Shown: positions 24,402 through 36,640 of the stretch, piece after piece
Layout of the letters: the number at the start of each line of letters is the position of its first letter
Position numbering within the stretch: the first letter of the stretch is position 1
Source: Marsupella aquatica
Taxonomy: Eukaryota; Plantae; Marchantiophyta
Assembly (NCBI GenBank): GCA_973895155.1
Contig: OZ316896.1
Location: 6,252,166 to 6,316,165 of the forward strand
Direction: 5' to 3'
Length of the DNA: 64,000 bases
The notes under the pieces: generated by a model
Database searches by the model: none
The model's input: only the letters and a program-made list of their open reading frames with translations
What the model was told of the DNA's origin: nothing
Translations under genes and position numbers: made by a program

Positions 24402-27381
24402 AGCTCAATACTCGTGCATTGCATAAAAGATGCCGTGAACAAAAAATTGTTGTGTTGCTCAAGATGTAGTTAAGAAAAAGAATGTCATATCGCCCAAGAT
24501 GTCGTTAAGAAAAAAGATGTTGTGTCGCCCAAGGTTTCATTCAGAAAATATATATTGTGTCAATCAAGATATTGCTAAGAAAAAATATGTGTGGCACCCA
24601 AGATGTCCTTAAGAAAAGAGACATCATGTTGCCCTGTTGAGCATAGACAACAATCGCAACGACAAGCCCATGAACCATCCAACGCACAAGAGTCGACACA
24701 GAGAGATACGTGGTTCACCTCCACATGAGCCACGTCCACGGCAACACACATGAGCCTGAGTTCCCTCTCTCCAAGCAAACACCACTTGGGTATAGAGTGT
24801 GCATAGCATGACTAACCTAACCAATTCTGCGACTAAGGTTAGCCTTAACTACAGTACAGGTACAGTTGTTACTCTAGACCTAAGAGTAAATCCTAACATG
24901 CCCAAGATGTTGTGGCACCCAAGATGTCGTTAACAGAAAAGTTGCACAAAAGACGACATGGTGAGAAAAAGGGAGAGAAAAAGATGTCGAGGTGAGAGAA
25001 ACAAATTGAAGTGAGAAAAAGATGTCAAGGAGAGAAAAAGATGTCGAGGTGAGAGAAAGAAATTGAAGTGAGAAAAAGATGTCAAGGAGAGAAAAGTTGT
25101 CGAGGAGAAGATGTCAATTAAGGTGAACAAAGATGTCGATGAGAAAAAGAGATGTCAAGCTCAAAAAAATAAGTCAAACTGAGGAAAAAACACATCAAGG
25201 AGAGACAAATATCTGAAGATGAGAAAAATATGTCGAGGAGAGAATAAGTCAAGGAGAGAAAATATGTCGAGGGTGAGGGAAAGATGTTGTGGTGAGATAA
25301 ACATGTGAAGGTGAGAAAAAGGTCAGATGTCGAGGTGAAAAAGATGTCAATGAGAAAAAGAGATGTTGAGAAGAGGAAAATTAGTCGAGGTGAAAAAAAA
25401 TGTCAAGAAGAGAAAACATGGCGAGGTGAGAAAAATATGTAAAGATGAGGAAAAGTTATCGAGGTGAGGGAAAGATGTTGTGGTGAGATAAAGATGTTGT
25501 GGTGAGAAAAATATAATATGTCAAGGTGAGAATCCCCGTGCATTGCACAAAAGATGTTGTTGCATTTAAGATGTTAAATAAATATGTCGTTGCCCAAAAG
25601 ATGTAGTTTACTGAAAGATATAGTTAGGCGAAAGACATCAATACATAACAGATGACATTGCGCTAAAGATGTAGTTGAAAAAGTATCATGGTGCGAAAGA
25701 TATCTTTATTAGAAAAATCTTATTGCAGAAAAAGAAATAGTAATTGGCAATTGACAAAATAGTGCACTGACACTATGCATGGATGATGTGGCATGGATGG
25801 TAGAGGGAGGAGCATGAGGTAGCATGGATGGTAAAGGGGAAGACTTTGTATTTTTCTTTGCTTGAAAAACGTGTTCACACCGAACATAATTATTATTTTC
25901 TTATTCCTTTCTCCTTTTCCAATTTTCTTTTCTTTCACTCAAAAAGCCTCTCCACATTTGAATGACCACCGCTTCAAACAGTGGTGCAACCCTCTATTAT
26001 AGGAGTTAATGTTATGTGTATTGTATAAACATAGGAACACTAAGGAACTTTTTGCATGAGAGAATTACATTCAATATTTCCATGAAAATACTTCTTTTTG
26101 TCTTCAATGAAATTATATTAATTATCTTTCAAATTCACTTCTTTTAATTGTTGTTCTCTCGTCTATCTAGTCCAATCTATCTGGTCCAATGTGGAGCTAT
26201 TCATGGCTCCAAATAATTCAATAAAATAAACTTACTTATCCAAGGTGTACTAATTTACAATCAGAAACTATAATACAGCGTTGCGCCACTTTTTGAAGTG
26301 GTCGTCATTCAAATTTGGAGAGGCTTTTTAAGTGAAAGAAAAGGGAACGGGTAAAAAGAGAAAAGAATAAGAGAAACTCATTATGTTTTGTGTGAACACG
26401 TTTTTCCAAAGCAAGAAAAGTACAAAGGCTTCCCCTTTACCACCCATGCTACCCCATGCTCCTCCCTCTACCATCCATGCCAATCATGTATACAAAGTGC
26501 TCCTCCCTCTACCATCCATGCTATACTATGCCCTATGCCATATCATCCATGCAAAGGAAGTGCTGCATGTATCATGAGAGGAGTTTAATGACAAATATTT
26601 TACATAATCAAGAAAATAGTGCATAACCTAATCAATGAGACAAAGACAAGATGAGAAAAATAGTGAAAAAAGAAGGAAGGTTTTAAAAGGTATAAATTAC
26701 AAAAACAATTAAAAATATAATTCTCAATTTGTTGTACTTTGGTGGTGGTTTTCGCCTCTCTTTGTGTCATGACATCTTTCACTCGACAAATGTTTTTACC
26801 CAATGAGATCTTCTAACAAAGATATATTTCGCACCATGATATTTTTCAACTACATCTATTTACGCATTGATGTCTTTTGCTGAACGATATCTTTTAGTAA
26901 ACTACATCTTTTGCGCAACGTCATCTTTTGAGCAACCACATATTTTACTTAATGATCTTTTATTTAACAATATTGTAAATGCAAGGACGTATTTACGCAA
27001 CATCTTTTGTGCAACGGAGACTTGATAACATATATGCTAACAAACATCACTTTACTTATGGACCAACAACATCTTTTGTGCAATGGAGACTTGATAACAT
27101 ATATGCTAACAAACATCACTTTACTAATGGAGACTTGATAACATATATGCTAACAAACATCACTTTACTTATGGACCGTTTGTATTTAACAACAACTTTA
27201 TATTTAACAACATCTTTTTTGTTAACTACATCTTGGACGCAGTGACATATTTTGTCTCAATGACATTTTGGGTGACACAACATCTTTTCTCTTGACAACA
27301 TCTTGGGCATCATGACATCTTTTGTCTTAAAAACATCTTGGGCGTCACTACATCTTTTGTGCAACGCACGGGTATTGAGCT
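24402..27381. mobile_element. ~3-kb foldback-type element with long modular inverted arms
   Basis: Termini agctcaatactcgtgcattgcataaaagatg and catcttttgtgcaacgcacgggtattgagct. The left arm is rich in aagatgt, the right arm in acatctt. Inverted blocks 25590-25725 vs 26800-26912 and 25770-26002 vs 26268-26480; ~270-bp spacer; no coding capacity. Confidence 0.8.
24635..24898 (-). mobile_element. solo LTR related to Copia family A (internally deleted)
   Basis: Reverse complement runs tgttaggattta...gtctatgctcaaca; TSD tgccc at 24630-24634 and 24899-24903. Confidence 0.9.
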
Positions 27382-27829
27382 CGTGAGAGCATAAGAACAT
27401 AGAGGGTGCACTTTGACAGCATTTTCACCAAATCCAAGGTTGCATTTGTTAATCCCAAAGCGAAGAATTGGACCAGGGCGGTTATTGGCCCAGTAGTCTT
27501 TTCAGGGGTATAGAACTGATTGAAGAAGACCAAAATAAACACAAGAGTCGCACAAGGTAGGAGTTCAGCTTGATGAGCCTGTGCATTTCACCCTGGCAGC
27601 TGTTACAAGGAACCGAGCGTAACCCTCTCTGGGTTCGGCTGGATTTATCTTGAAATTGTTCTCAATCGATCCCTGACCAAAACTGAGAACAGCAAACCCG
27701 ACATTCAAGACTCTCAACCGGGACGTGGCCTTCTAGTAATTCCTATTTTACGAACGGTAATGAAATGAGCAACAGGAATCGAATCATGGGGATGCAGATG
27801 GAGAGCATAAATTTTGAAAGGGGCGGCAA

Positions 27830-30800
27830 CTATTGAGGATTGGGGGTTCGGCTGTTAGCAGCGGCCACACGGGAACCCCATTCCAAAAGCTCTCGGCTAG
27901 TATCATCTTTGTGCACTACAACTTCAATGAAAACAAGGCTATCTGTCTTTTCTTTCATTGCCGTCTCCAGTGCCACCTCCAGTTCGTCTTCAGTTTTCAC
28001 CTGCGTGGATATAGCAGACACCAGTTCGCCTCAAAGTAGATAAAAACTCAATTTCATACGGGCGCATGCTGTTTGTCACAGATGATTTATTGATCTGCTA
28101 GCCTCAGAAAACACAGAGAATGGGAAGAAAGTGAAAATCGATACTCTAAACCATCGAACCAGATCGACCATTTCTCCCCGCAAAAGAGACGCCAAAAGAA
28201 GCCAGATGCCACATATTGTCAACTCTCCTGCAGAATATGGCACCCCAATTAAACGAAGACATAACAGACGCAGGAATTCTTTAGATTGAGGACAATATGA
28301 ACACATACCCTCGTAGTCCAGCACTTTCCTTCACCGTTGTGAAAAGCATCGACAACACCGGTGTAATTCCAGTTCTTGATGACGTTGTAAGGTCCGTCAT
28401 GGATTTCCACTTCAATGGTGTATCCCCCATTATTTATGAGAAATATGATGCTCTTCTGCCCATAACGAATCATGGTTGAAACATCTTGTACGGTTACCTG
28501 CAATATATCATATTCATATATGAAGACCTGACGCTTAAGATTCGTAAAAAGTGTCACTTGGAAAAACCCTTTCACATATGCAATAGTCAACTCAATTACA
28601 TAGCTTATTATCCCTTGAGTCCAAACTCTTTTCTAGATTGCCAGCGTTCATTATGACTTCGAAGACATAGACAAACTGGCATAAAACTGAAAACTATAGC
28701 ATATCCTCACTTGAACATCTTGCTCATAAACCAGTAGAGAGCAAACGCGCATCATTTCAAACCTGGAAACTTCCATCTCCGATGAAAGCGAGGACACGTT
28801 TGTCACTACCAGCTTGGGCATAACCGAGTAAGGCACCTACTGCCCAGCCTATTGATCCATACTGCATCTGGAATTCATACCTGTAAAGAGCAGAGGTGAA
28901 TATTTAGATCCGCTAATGAACTGAAGCTTTTCGTGAGTTTCTTGTGAGTAACAATTGAAAACAAAGGGAGCAAGGACAAAGGATGCTGTTGAAGAGCCAC
29001 GAAAGCTTGGTGACCGTTTCTTGGTACGCACGAGCCATTTTCGGCGGCTGCCAAACTTAGCTGACAAGCTTTTGAATCGACTAACCAAGTTTTACTTACG
29101 TTGAATATAATTGCCAACAGATCTGCTTATGGAATCTAAGGTCTAGTGACTAAATGCACGTCTCCGTTCTGGCATGCAGAATAAATTCCTGACAAATATT
29201 TCAATTGTAGCACATATCCCACCAGACAGGAAGCTTGTTCACTAGTGCGAAGGGACAAAAGGTTTACTAGCTGTTAGGCGCTACTCAAGCTGCTAAAGCA
29301 ACAACTCAAGTCATTCGATGTGTTCACTGAAGCAGCTAAGTTCATCATTCCATTGCCATCAAGTTCAAGTGAGCCTGCGGTCATCCGGGTACTCCATAGT
29401 TGACGGAAAAATACATCTGTGGGCGCCACATGCCAACAATCACATTGGACATAGTCCAAATTGGGCCGATACAAAGGCGCTCGTCGGTGATGGGGGCCAC
29501 AGGCAGTTACAAACACTTGTCGAAGTTGGGGCAAGGAACTGATCAAACACATTATCTTTTGGATTTCGCGCAAGACAGATTACAGATGCCTACATTTATA
29601 ATGGGGGATATATACTGGGTAGGAGGTTAATATCGCTGGAATGTTAAGGGTGCTCGTAAGTGCTTACCCACAGCAATCAGGTAGCTTCAGATTTTGACAG
29701 TTGAACCATGAATCTCCTGTTTCAGCCAGTACTGCATTGTCCTTGGTAAGGATTGCCTGTATACCACGGGGCGAGATCATCATTTGCAATGAATTTTCAA
29801 GCTGCTTGTGGTAGATAGGAACAACTACAAAAGGTTGACAGATGCTCATGAATAGCGAAACACAATAAATCACCTGGACATGCTTAAAAAGATGATTCAC
29901 TCGAAGAGGTTCGCCTTTCTCGGACTTTTGGGGAACACCGCTTGGTACGTAGATCCGCTTGAAGTTATCGTATGCTGTGGTGTTCTTCTTTATCTTCTTG
30001 CTGAGCGCAGAGATGAAATCAGTCATGAGAACACACCCAAAGCTTTCCCCCCCAGCAATTGTAACACGGTCAGGTTGAACCAGTAACATTTTCTCTTTCT
30101 TTATAAGAAGAGAATACCCAACTGAACTGTAGTCATTAAAGACAGGTCCCAAGAAAATGTAGATATCAGCTGATTCCACAATCTCAACGACGTATGGTGT
30201 GCTAACTGCTCCCCAGTACGTTCCAATAAAGTGCTCGTGATTCTCAGGAAATTGCCCTTTAGCAGAGGGCATGACTGCGACTGGGAAACCCGACGCATCC
30301 GCCAGTTGAAGCGCTGCTGCTTGAGCCTTGGCCACTCTTACTTTAGATCCTATCACGAGCACTGGCTTGACGCCTCCATTTAAAAACTTGGCAGCTGACT
30401 CGACTGCCGCGTCCAAGCTCATTTGATTGCTTACTCTGTTTTGACAAAAAAAGCAGAGAATGAACATGGCGTTCTCCGATAATAGCAAGAGATGATTCTA
30501 ATATCCACCCAGCATGGTATAGAACGTAGCGGGAAGATATGAAAGGAAGTAACATATATTCAGGGTGGGCTCTAACTCGCCAGAAAAGATAACGAGATAC
30601 ACATACGTCCACTAAGTTAGCATGATCTACCTGATAAAATTAAAACAACATATCCTCCGTAAATGATCAGCAGTAAGCAAGTGCAAAACAGTTGCCACAG
30701 GACTGCGAGGAGCGTACAACGCACTTCTTATTGAGAGAGTAAGGAACAGGATCTCGACTGAAACTCGGATGTGAAATATCGGCGATATTGCAGCTCACAC

Positions 30801-31820
30801 TGATGTAGACAGGTTTACTCTGAGACAAGGCTGTTGAGATGGCGCGATCAATTTGCTCATGTGCGTCATTGACGTCTCTAATGATTTCCTGTACCGGGAG
30901 AAAGGTGGGGCCGAATTAGTTTTTGCCTTAAGCCGTTTAGAGTATTGACTAATAGAAATATTCATTGATTTTACACCACACTCATCTGAGATCATCCCGA
31001 AGACTCTAGCCACATGAACGATAAAGAAAAAAATCTTGCTTGACAGTTAATTGATATGAGTAAGTCCCAAATCTTCCACCTAATGTGGGGAACCGTGCAG
31101 CACCGCAATTCTCGTGAACGGCTAAAACGCGAAAATCTACGGACCACAGCAGGAAACAGCTCAACTTACTGCAAAGACTCTACAGAGTTTTATTGCTATG
31201 AAACTTAGCGTTAGCTTGCATGAACGATCAGAACGATGGAACACAGAAACAGACTCCTCTCTGGTGCAGAATTGGGATGCTACAAAGAGGAAGTGAATTC
31301 CTATGGAGACACAAATGAACTTCTACGGAGCATATTTACGTCTCAGGCGCGAACAGAAAAGACTTCAATCCTGGATTGGGACGGCAGCACACACCTGTGC
31401 ACATGTGACTTGCTGGAAGGCTCGATACTCCTGACTGAAGTCAGGTAACCCGATCGTGTGATGCAATATTCGATTCGTCCCATAGTCGTTCGAATTTGGT
31501 CCTCCAACTATGCAGATGACCGGGAGATTCTCGCTATACGCGCCCGCGATGGCATTTATAACACTGAGACCTCCCACAGTAAACGTCACAACGACTGCCC
31601 CAACTCCCCGGCGCCTTGCATAACCATCAGCAGCGTATCCCGCATTGAGCTCGTTGCAGCAACCGACCAGTTTCAGCCCAGGTTCGAGCAGAAGGTGATC
31701 CAGAAGAACTAGGTTGAAATCCCCCGGCACACCAAACAGATCCGTCACTCCAATTTCGACCAGTCGGCGCCCCAAATGCCTGCCGAGCGTGGCCATTGAC
31801 GCTCCATTTGCATTAGCCAT
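27830..31820 (-). CDS. PDC: pyruvate decarboxylase (TPP-dependent), 7 exons
   Basis: Exons 31820-31395, 30888-30725, 30435-29874, 29756-29668, 28880-28763, 28497-28309 and 28000-27830 join in frame with GT-AG introns. Motifs [32 protein letters not shown], the TPP motif GDGSFQ...NNGGYTIE and the plant C-terminus [20 protein letters not shown]. Confidence 0.97.
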
Positions 31821-32617
31821 TGGCAGCTTCCAATTGCAACGAAGGTCGCGGGATTTAGCCGATCGGAACGAACAGCTCAAGGTACAATCCTGGAGTGCTC
31901 CAACGAGCTATGGAGTTAGATGCCCGATATGGCTTTCGTGAATAGTTAAGAAGTGCCACATTACGCTCTTGTGCTTCCAGCGGTCTTGGTGCATCTTGCC
32001 ACCTGGTTCGATGGTCGAGGGCTTTTGCTTACGGCACTTTGAAGGCCTGCGGCCATGCGAGCACTTCGACGGCATGACGCTGTACGCACTTCGACTGCAT
32101 GACGCACGGCTCAGATTCCAATGAACAACGCACCAACGAATAATAGTAATAAACTTCACAAAGCAAAGAACTCAGATTTGGTACGAATCAAAAGAATCGC
32201 TCTCCTTTTCACCCGCCCGTCCAATACGGGCATCGCGTTTTTCTTCTGAAACTAATAAAATAGTAAATAGTAGGGAGTCTCAACCCTCTTCATTTTGCAT
32301 CAGGTCGCCATTTTATCTTGGGGAAGAAGGTGGACACGAAAATGTTTGTCCCACACTCACGATGGCAGACCAAGACTAATTCTTTTGGGATAGGTTTTTC
32401 TTGCGGACCTCAACGTTTGAGATCCCTTAATTTTAAGTTAAACCCAGATAGACCCTTGACCCTGCATAAAGCAATTTGGCTTTACATTCTGGACCAAAAC
32501 AGGCATGGGACTAAAAGCCTCATTGAGTCTGAACTTCTTGAAATTCACCTTGCTTTTGGCACTCGGACCAAATATAATCTAAACGGAGCAAAATTAGTTT
32601 GTTCAAATGCTCATTTG

Positions 32618-34320
32618 TGTTAGGCATTTATTCTTAGTCTAGAGCTACTATTGCAGCCATAGTTAGGCTAATCTTAATCACATCCTTGGTTAAATTAGTC
32701 GTGTTGCAAACTTTATACCAAGGTTGTTTGTTAGGATTTACTCTTAGGTCTAGAATTACGACTGTACCATAGTTAAGACTAACCTTAGTTGAAGACTTGG
32801 TTAGGTTAGTCATGTTGTGCACACTCTATAACCAAGCGGTGTTTGCTTGGAGAGTGGGGACTCAGGCTCATTGTTACGGAGCTAGTTGAGAGATAGAGAG
32901 AGCTTGCGCTGTGGATGCTTGGTATGACCGGTCGGCCTAGACTGCAGTAAAGTTCATGTGTGTTCCCATGGACGTAGCCTCATGTGTAGGTGAATCACGT
33001 ATCTCTCTATGTTGACTCTTGTGCGTTGGATGGTTCATGGGCTTGTCGTTACGATTGTCGTCTATGCTCAACATTGTTAACCATAATTATCAGTAGTCAA
33101 TCACTAATATCAATTTTGCTCAACGTCCTCACCGAGCGCATACATCCCTTTCGTGGCCCCATTGAGTCACTTTGGTGACCCTCACCGAAGTCCTAATGCC
33201 TTCAATATTCTAAATCCACAACTCAACAACCTCGCTAAGTCACTTCAGCAGCATCATTGAGTCACTTTGGGCAACATTTGGCAACCCTTGCCAAGTCCTT
33301 CCAAAACTAATGGCTTCAATAGTCTAAGTCCACAACTCAGCGACCTCGTTGAGTCACTTCCAATCCTATTTGTAATCACTTATATCTTTGAATGATACGC
33401 CTTGATATATGTGAGGGGTACCATGGTTGTGACACTCCTTTATACCCAAACACTGTTTCCTTGGATAGAAGGAACTTAGGTTAATTTTTATAGTGCCAGT
33501 TAAGAGATAGAAAGAACTGTCTTGTATTGCGGGCTCTCTATGACCGTTAGGCCTAGATTGCAATAAAGCTCTTGTCGAGGCTCTTGTGTGTTCTCAAGAT
33601 TTGCATAGTCTCATTTGAGGTGAATCATGTATCTCTTTGTGTTGAGTACTTGTTTGTTGGATGGTCATGGGCATGATGTTGTGAATTCATCTTTGCTCAA
33701 CAATTGTTATTATTAGAGCATGCTTGGGAATGACGACGAGGGTGATGAGTGTTTTTGTGATGGTTTTTTTCATCGTTTAGTGTTGGTGACTTTTTAAGAG
33801 TTTGGTCAAATGAAACTAAATCTTGGATGTTGTGGGCTCAACAAATAGATCAGTGTGAGGGCTTTCAATTGGTGCGTCAAAATTGTTGATTGGTATTTAG
33901 ATTTGTATCCATAGTGCAAAGCAATCAATGTTTGCATTGTTGAGGATTTTTTGGTGAAAGTTAGCAAATTTGAAGTTGATTTTTTAAAGGAGGGACCACA
34001 CTAAGTTTGTTTTCTTGACAACGTGAGCTTTGCAATGCATAGGGCTTTATATGCTATAGCTTTGCTTCTAGATTAAGACAAGGTGGTCATTTTGGTAGCT
34101 GGTTTGTTACCCTTTGTGAACAAAGTACTAAAACATGTTCAATCAAAACTTGTGTTTTGCTTCTTTGAAAAGTTATGATGCTTGTTTTTGCCTAAACCTG
34201 GTTTCTTGTCATCATGATTGGCTCAAAGGATGTAAAACAAAGTGCTACGGTTCAACTGAGAGATTGCACAAAAGGCGCCATTTTGAGTTATGGATTGGCA
34301 CTTGATGCCAAGAGAGGGAG
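32618..34320 (+). mobile_element. old Copia family A-related 5' LTR plus leader remnant, interrupted by later insertions
   Basis: tgttaggcatttattc start at 32618; LTR 3' part at ~33450-33702 ending gctcaaca; decayed PBS and leader similar to 12874-13460. Confidence 0.7.
32729..33073 (+). mobile_element. solo LTR related to Copia family A
   Basis: 345 bp, tgttaggatttac...gtctatgctcaaca; TSD ttgtt at 32724-32728 and 33074-33078. Confidence 0.9.
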
Positions 34321-35299
34321 TATTGGCAGATTTGTTTTGTCTATTGTACTTGCACACGGTACAGCAGACAAAACAAATCTGCCAAAACGTGTAAAATATG
34401 ACAAATTAAAAACATTGTTGGTGGTCATCCCTTTCTCAACAAAATGGCACAAGGTGTGTAGCAATTTGTTTTGCTTACCTTAAGGAAAACGCAAAGGGAA
34501 ATTTGTGTAACTGTGTAAACACATAGAAATTGTGTGTATGTGTAGTCGTACAAAAATGTTGGGATGCTAATTTGGTGGAATAGCTAAGTAAACACATTTT
34601 GGAGATAAATAATCTCATAAGTTATCAGTCATCTCTATCAGTCGGCCTGATATCAGCTGTCACCTCATCTTAGAGAGGCCGCCAATTGCAACACAAGAAA
34701 AAAATGAGGAAAATGTCTTTGATTTTTTTCAAAATTCAAGGGAGAATTTTTTTTAATTGTTTTCATTATGGGGTGTCCGTACACCCCATCTCAAAGATGT
34801 CAGCTGAGATGGGCGGGTGTCCTACTGTAAAAAAGCCAAAAAATTCCAACAACAAAATTATAAATATTTTTTTCCCAAAATTTTATGTTTTTTTCGCCCA
34901 TTTTTTCCGTATGCCTATCTTGGCGCAGCTCAGCTGCCCAGCTAAGATATGTGGAGCTGCAAAGGCCCCATCTCAGCTACTCCACTGAGATTCAAAAAAA
35001 TTTAACGGCAAAATTCATAATGATGATGTTGTGTACCCCCACATTTTGCTAAGTAGATAAACTAGGTTAGAGTTTAGATACATAGAGTAATATCAAAGCC
35101 TTGAGAAAAAGCAAAATGTCTTATTTTTTGTAAAGACTCATTTTGGCAACAAAAATAGAGAGTTCTTGTAGTGCAACATGGATAAGTAAGAAGTCATATT
35201 AAGCTTATAGGAGTTGTTATGCCAACCATGTGGGGTATGTTAGGCAACACTTTAGTTTATGAGGGTTGTGATGTTAAGTTAGAAGATGACAAGCTTTGT

Positions 35300-35712
35300 G
35301 CTTTAGACTATTGTGATTGGGTCGACCCGATGCTCATGCCTAGGTCTTTAGAACCTGTCATCAGGCGAGGGTCCCAGATGGCCACACCTGCGCCCACTGT
35401 AACTCGTGCGCCAAACGTCTGTTGTGCATGAAGCCCTAGCTTGGGACTCAAGTTTGTTTGGGGGTCCGGACGGTCCACTCTGAGCTCGGCCCTTCCCATG
35501 ACCCAACCAGCTCCCAGTACTAGTCTAAGTCCTTAGAGTGCGTCACCAGCTTAGCACATTGCCCTTGCTAGTGCAACGCTTTGTTGCCCACCGGTCTTTT
35601 CACACTTAGTCTCCACCAAATGGTTGTTTTGGAGGCCTAGACCATAGAGGAGTTTGGCATTGGAGTCAGCAATGCCGGAGCTACGGGTTAGGGTAGTTGA
35701 GTTTTGCAACTA
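35300..35712 (-). mobile_element. partial Gypsy LTR (same family as 53992-55440)
   Basis: Colinear with ~55000-55437, sharing gctcatgcctagg and ggagtcagcaatgccggagcta. Confidence 0.8.
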
Positions 35713-36089
35713 TGTGTGAGGGCAATCTTAGTGTATGTGGGACCAACAATACCACTGAAAGGTGTATTGGGTGCATTGAAGTGGGTTGGGTGAGGACTAT
35801 CATTGCTCTGATTGCTGGGAGTGAAATGGCAAAATAGTGGGGCGATGGTTGAGAAGTCCCTAAGACAGGAACCACTCAAGAGTCACTAGTTTATGGGTAC
35901 ATGTTGGTGACGGAATAGAAACATACCTCTGGCAATGCGGATACATATAGATATAGGCGCACCGCAACGCTAGGCCCGTGTATATAGGCCCGATATGAAA
36001 ACCCCTTCTCACTAGAAGTATCATGAGCACAGGATTTGATTCCCAATCTTGGTTCCTTGGAATTGAGTTTGGATGATGTGTGACAAAGT

Positions 36090-36640
36090 CCTCCTATCAC
36101 AGTCTGGTGTTAAGGGGATAAATTGTTTGTTTATAACCTCCATAGCATCCCTTCGTGATACTCAGGTACAAGAAGATGTTTTTGGCACCCCACATGAGGT
36201 TTTTTGTGACTGTTAAGACCCATGTCAATTGCGTGACATTATGAACAGGTTCTAACTTGCCAAATCCAAAGTCATCAATGGTGAACGGGGGTAAATTTAA
36301 ACTTACCTACCAGTAGGATTATGTATATATAATTAAACACATGCCCGCTTTGCTTTGCTTTTTTAGTTGGACAAGCATCTTCTTTGTATTTGCAACCAGA
36401 CTTCTTTACCCAATCTGCAGCACGTGTTCCCCAACATTGCTTATCAAAGCTTGCCACCCTAGGCGGTGGGTCAAAGAACTTGGCGTTCTCCCTTTGATGA
36501 AACAAACGCATTGAAGGCAACCACCTTCGAGCACCACCAAACTCCAACTTGTTCACTTGTTTGGAGCCATGTGCCACACAATTAGTACCACAAACCACAC
36601 AATCTTTGTATCCCTGGTGCTGACAGTTGTCAATGTATAT
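36090..36640 (-). pseudogene. CACTA/EnSpm transposase fragment
   Basis: QHQGYKDCVVCG...GARRWLP resembles the GYxACPxC...HRRW/FLP segment of En/Spm Tnp2; a frameshifted PYW-like remnant follows. Confidence 0.6.

Noticed and set aside
24960-25530. Regular aagatgtc..ggtgagaaaa repeats as a CRISPR-like array
   Set aside because: Degenerate units without unique spacers, eukaryotic context and no cas genes; they are subterminal repeats of the foldback element.
26998-27177. Three near-identical ~42-bp units as a separate element
   Set aside because: Local tandem duplication inside the foldback right arm.
29400-29630. Antisense intronic ORF with kinase-like [11 protein letters not shown]
   Set aside because: Only a short resemblance; no other kinase subdomains.
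31998-32009. Hypoxia-responsive promoter element upstream of PDC (gaaccaggtggc on the minus strand)
   Set aside because: Partial match only to AAACCA(G/C)3GC; not distinguishable from chance without conservation data.
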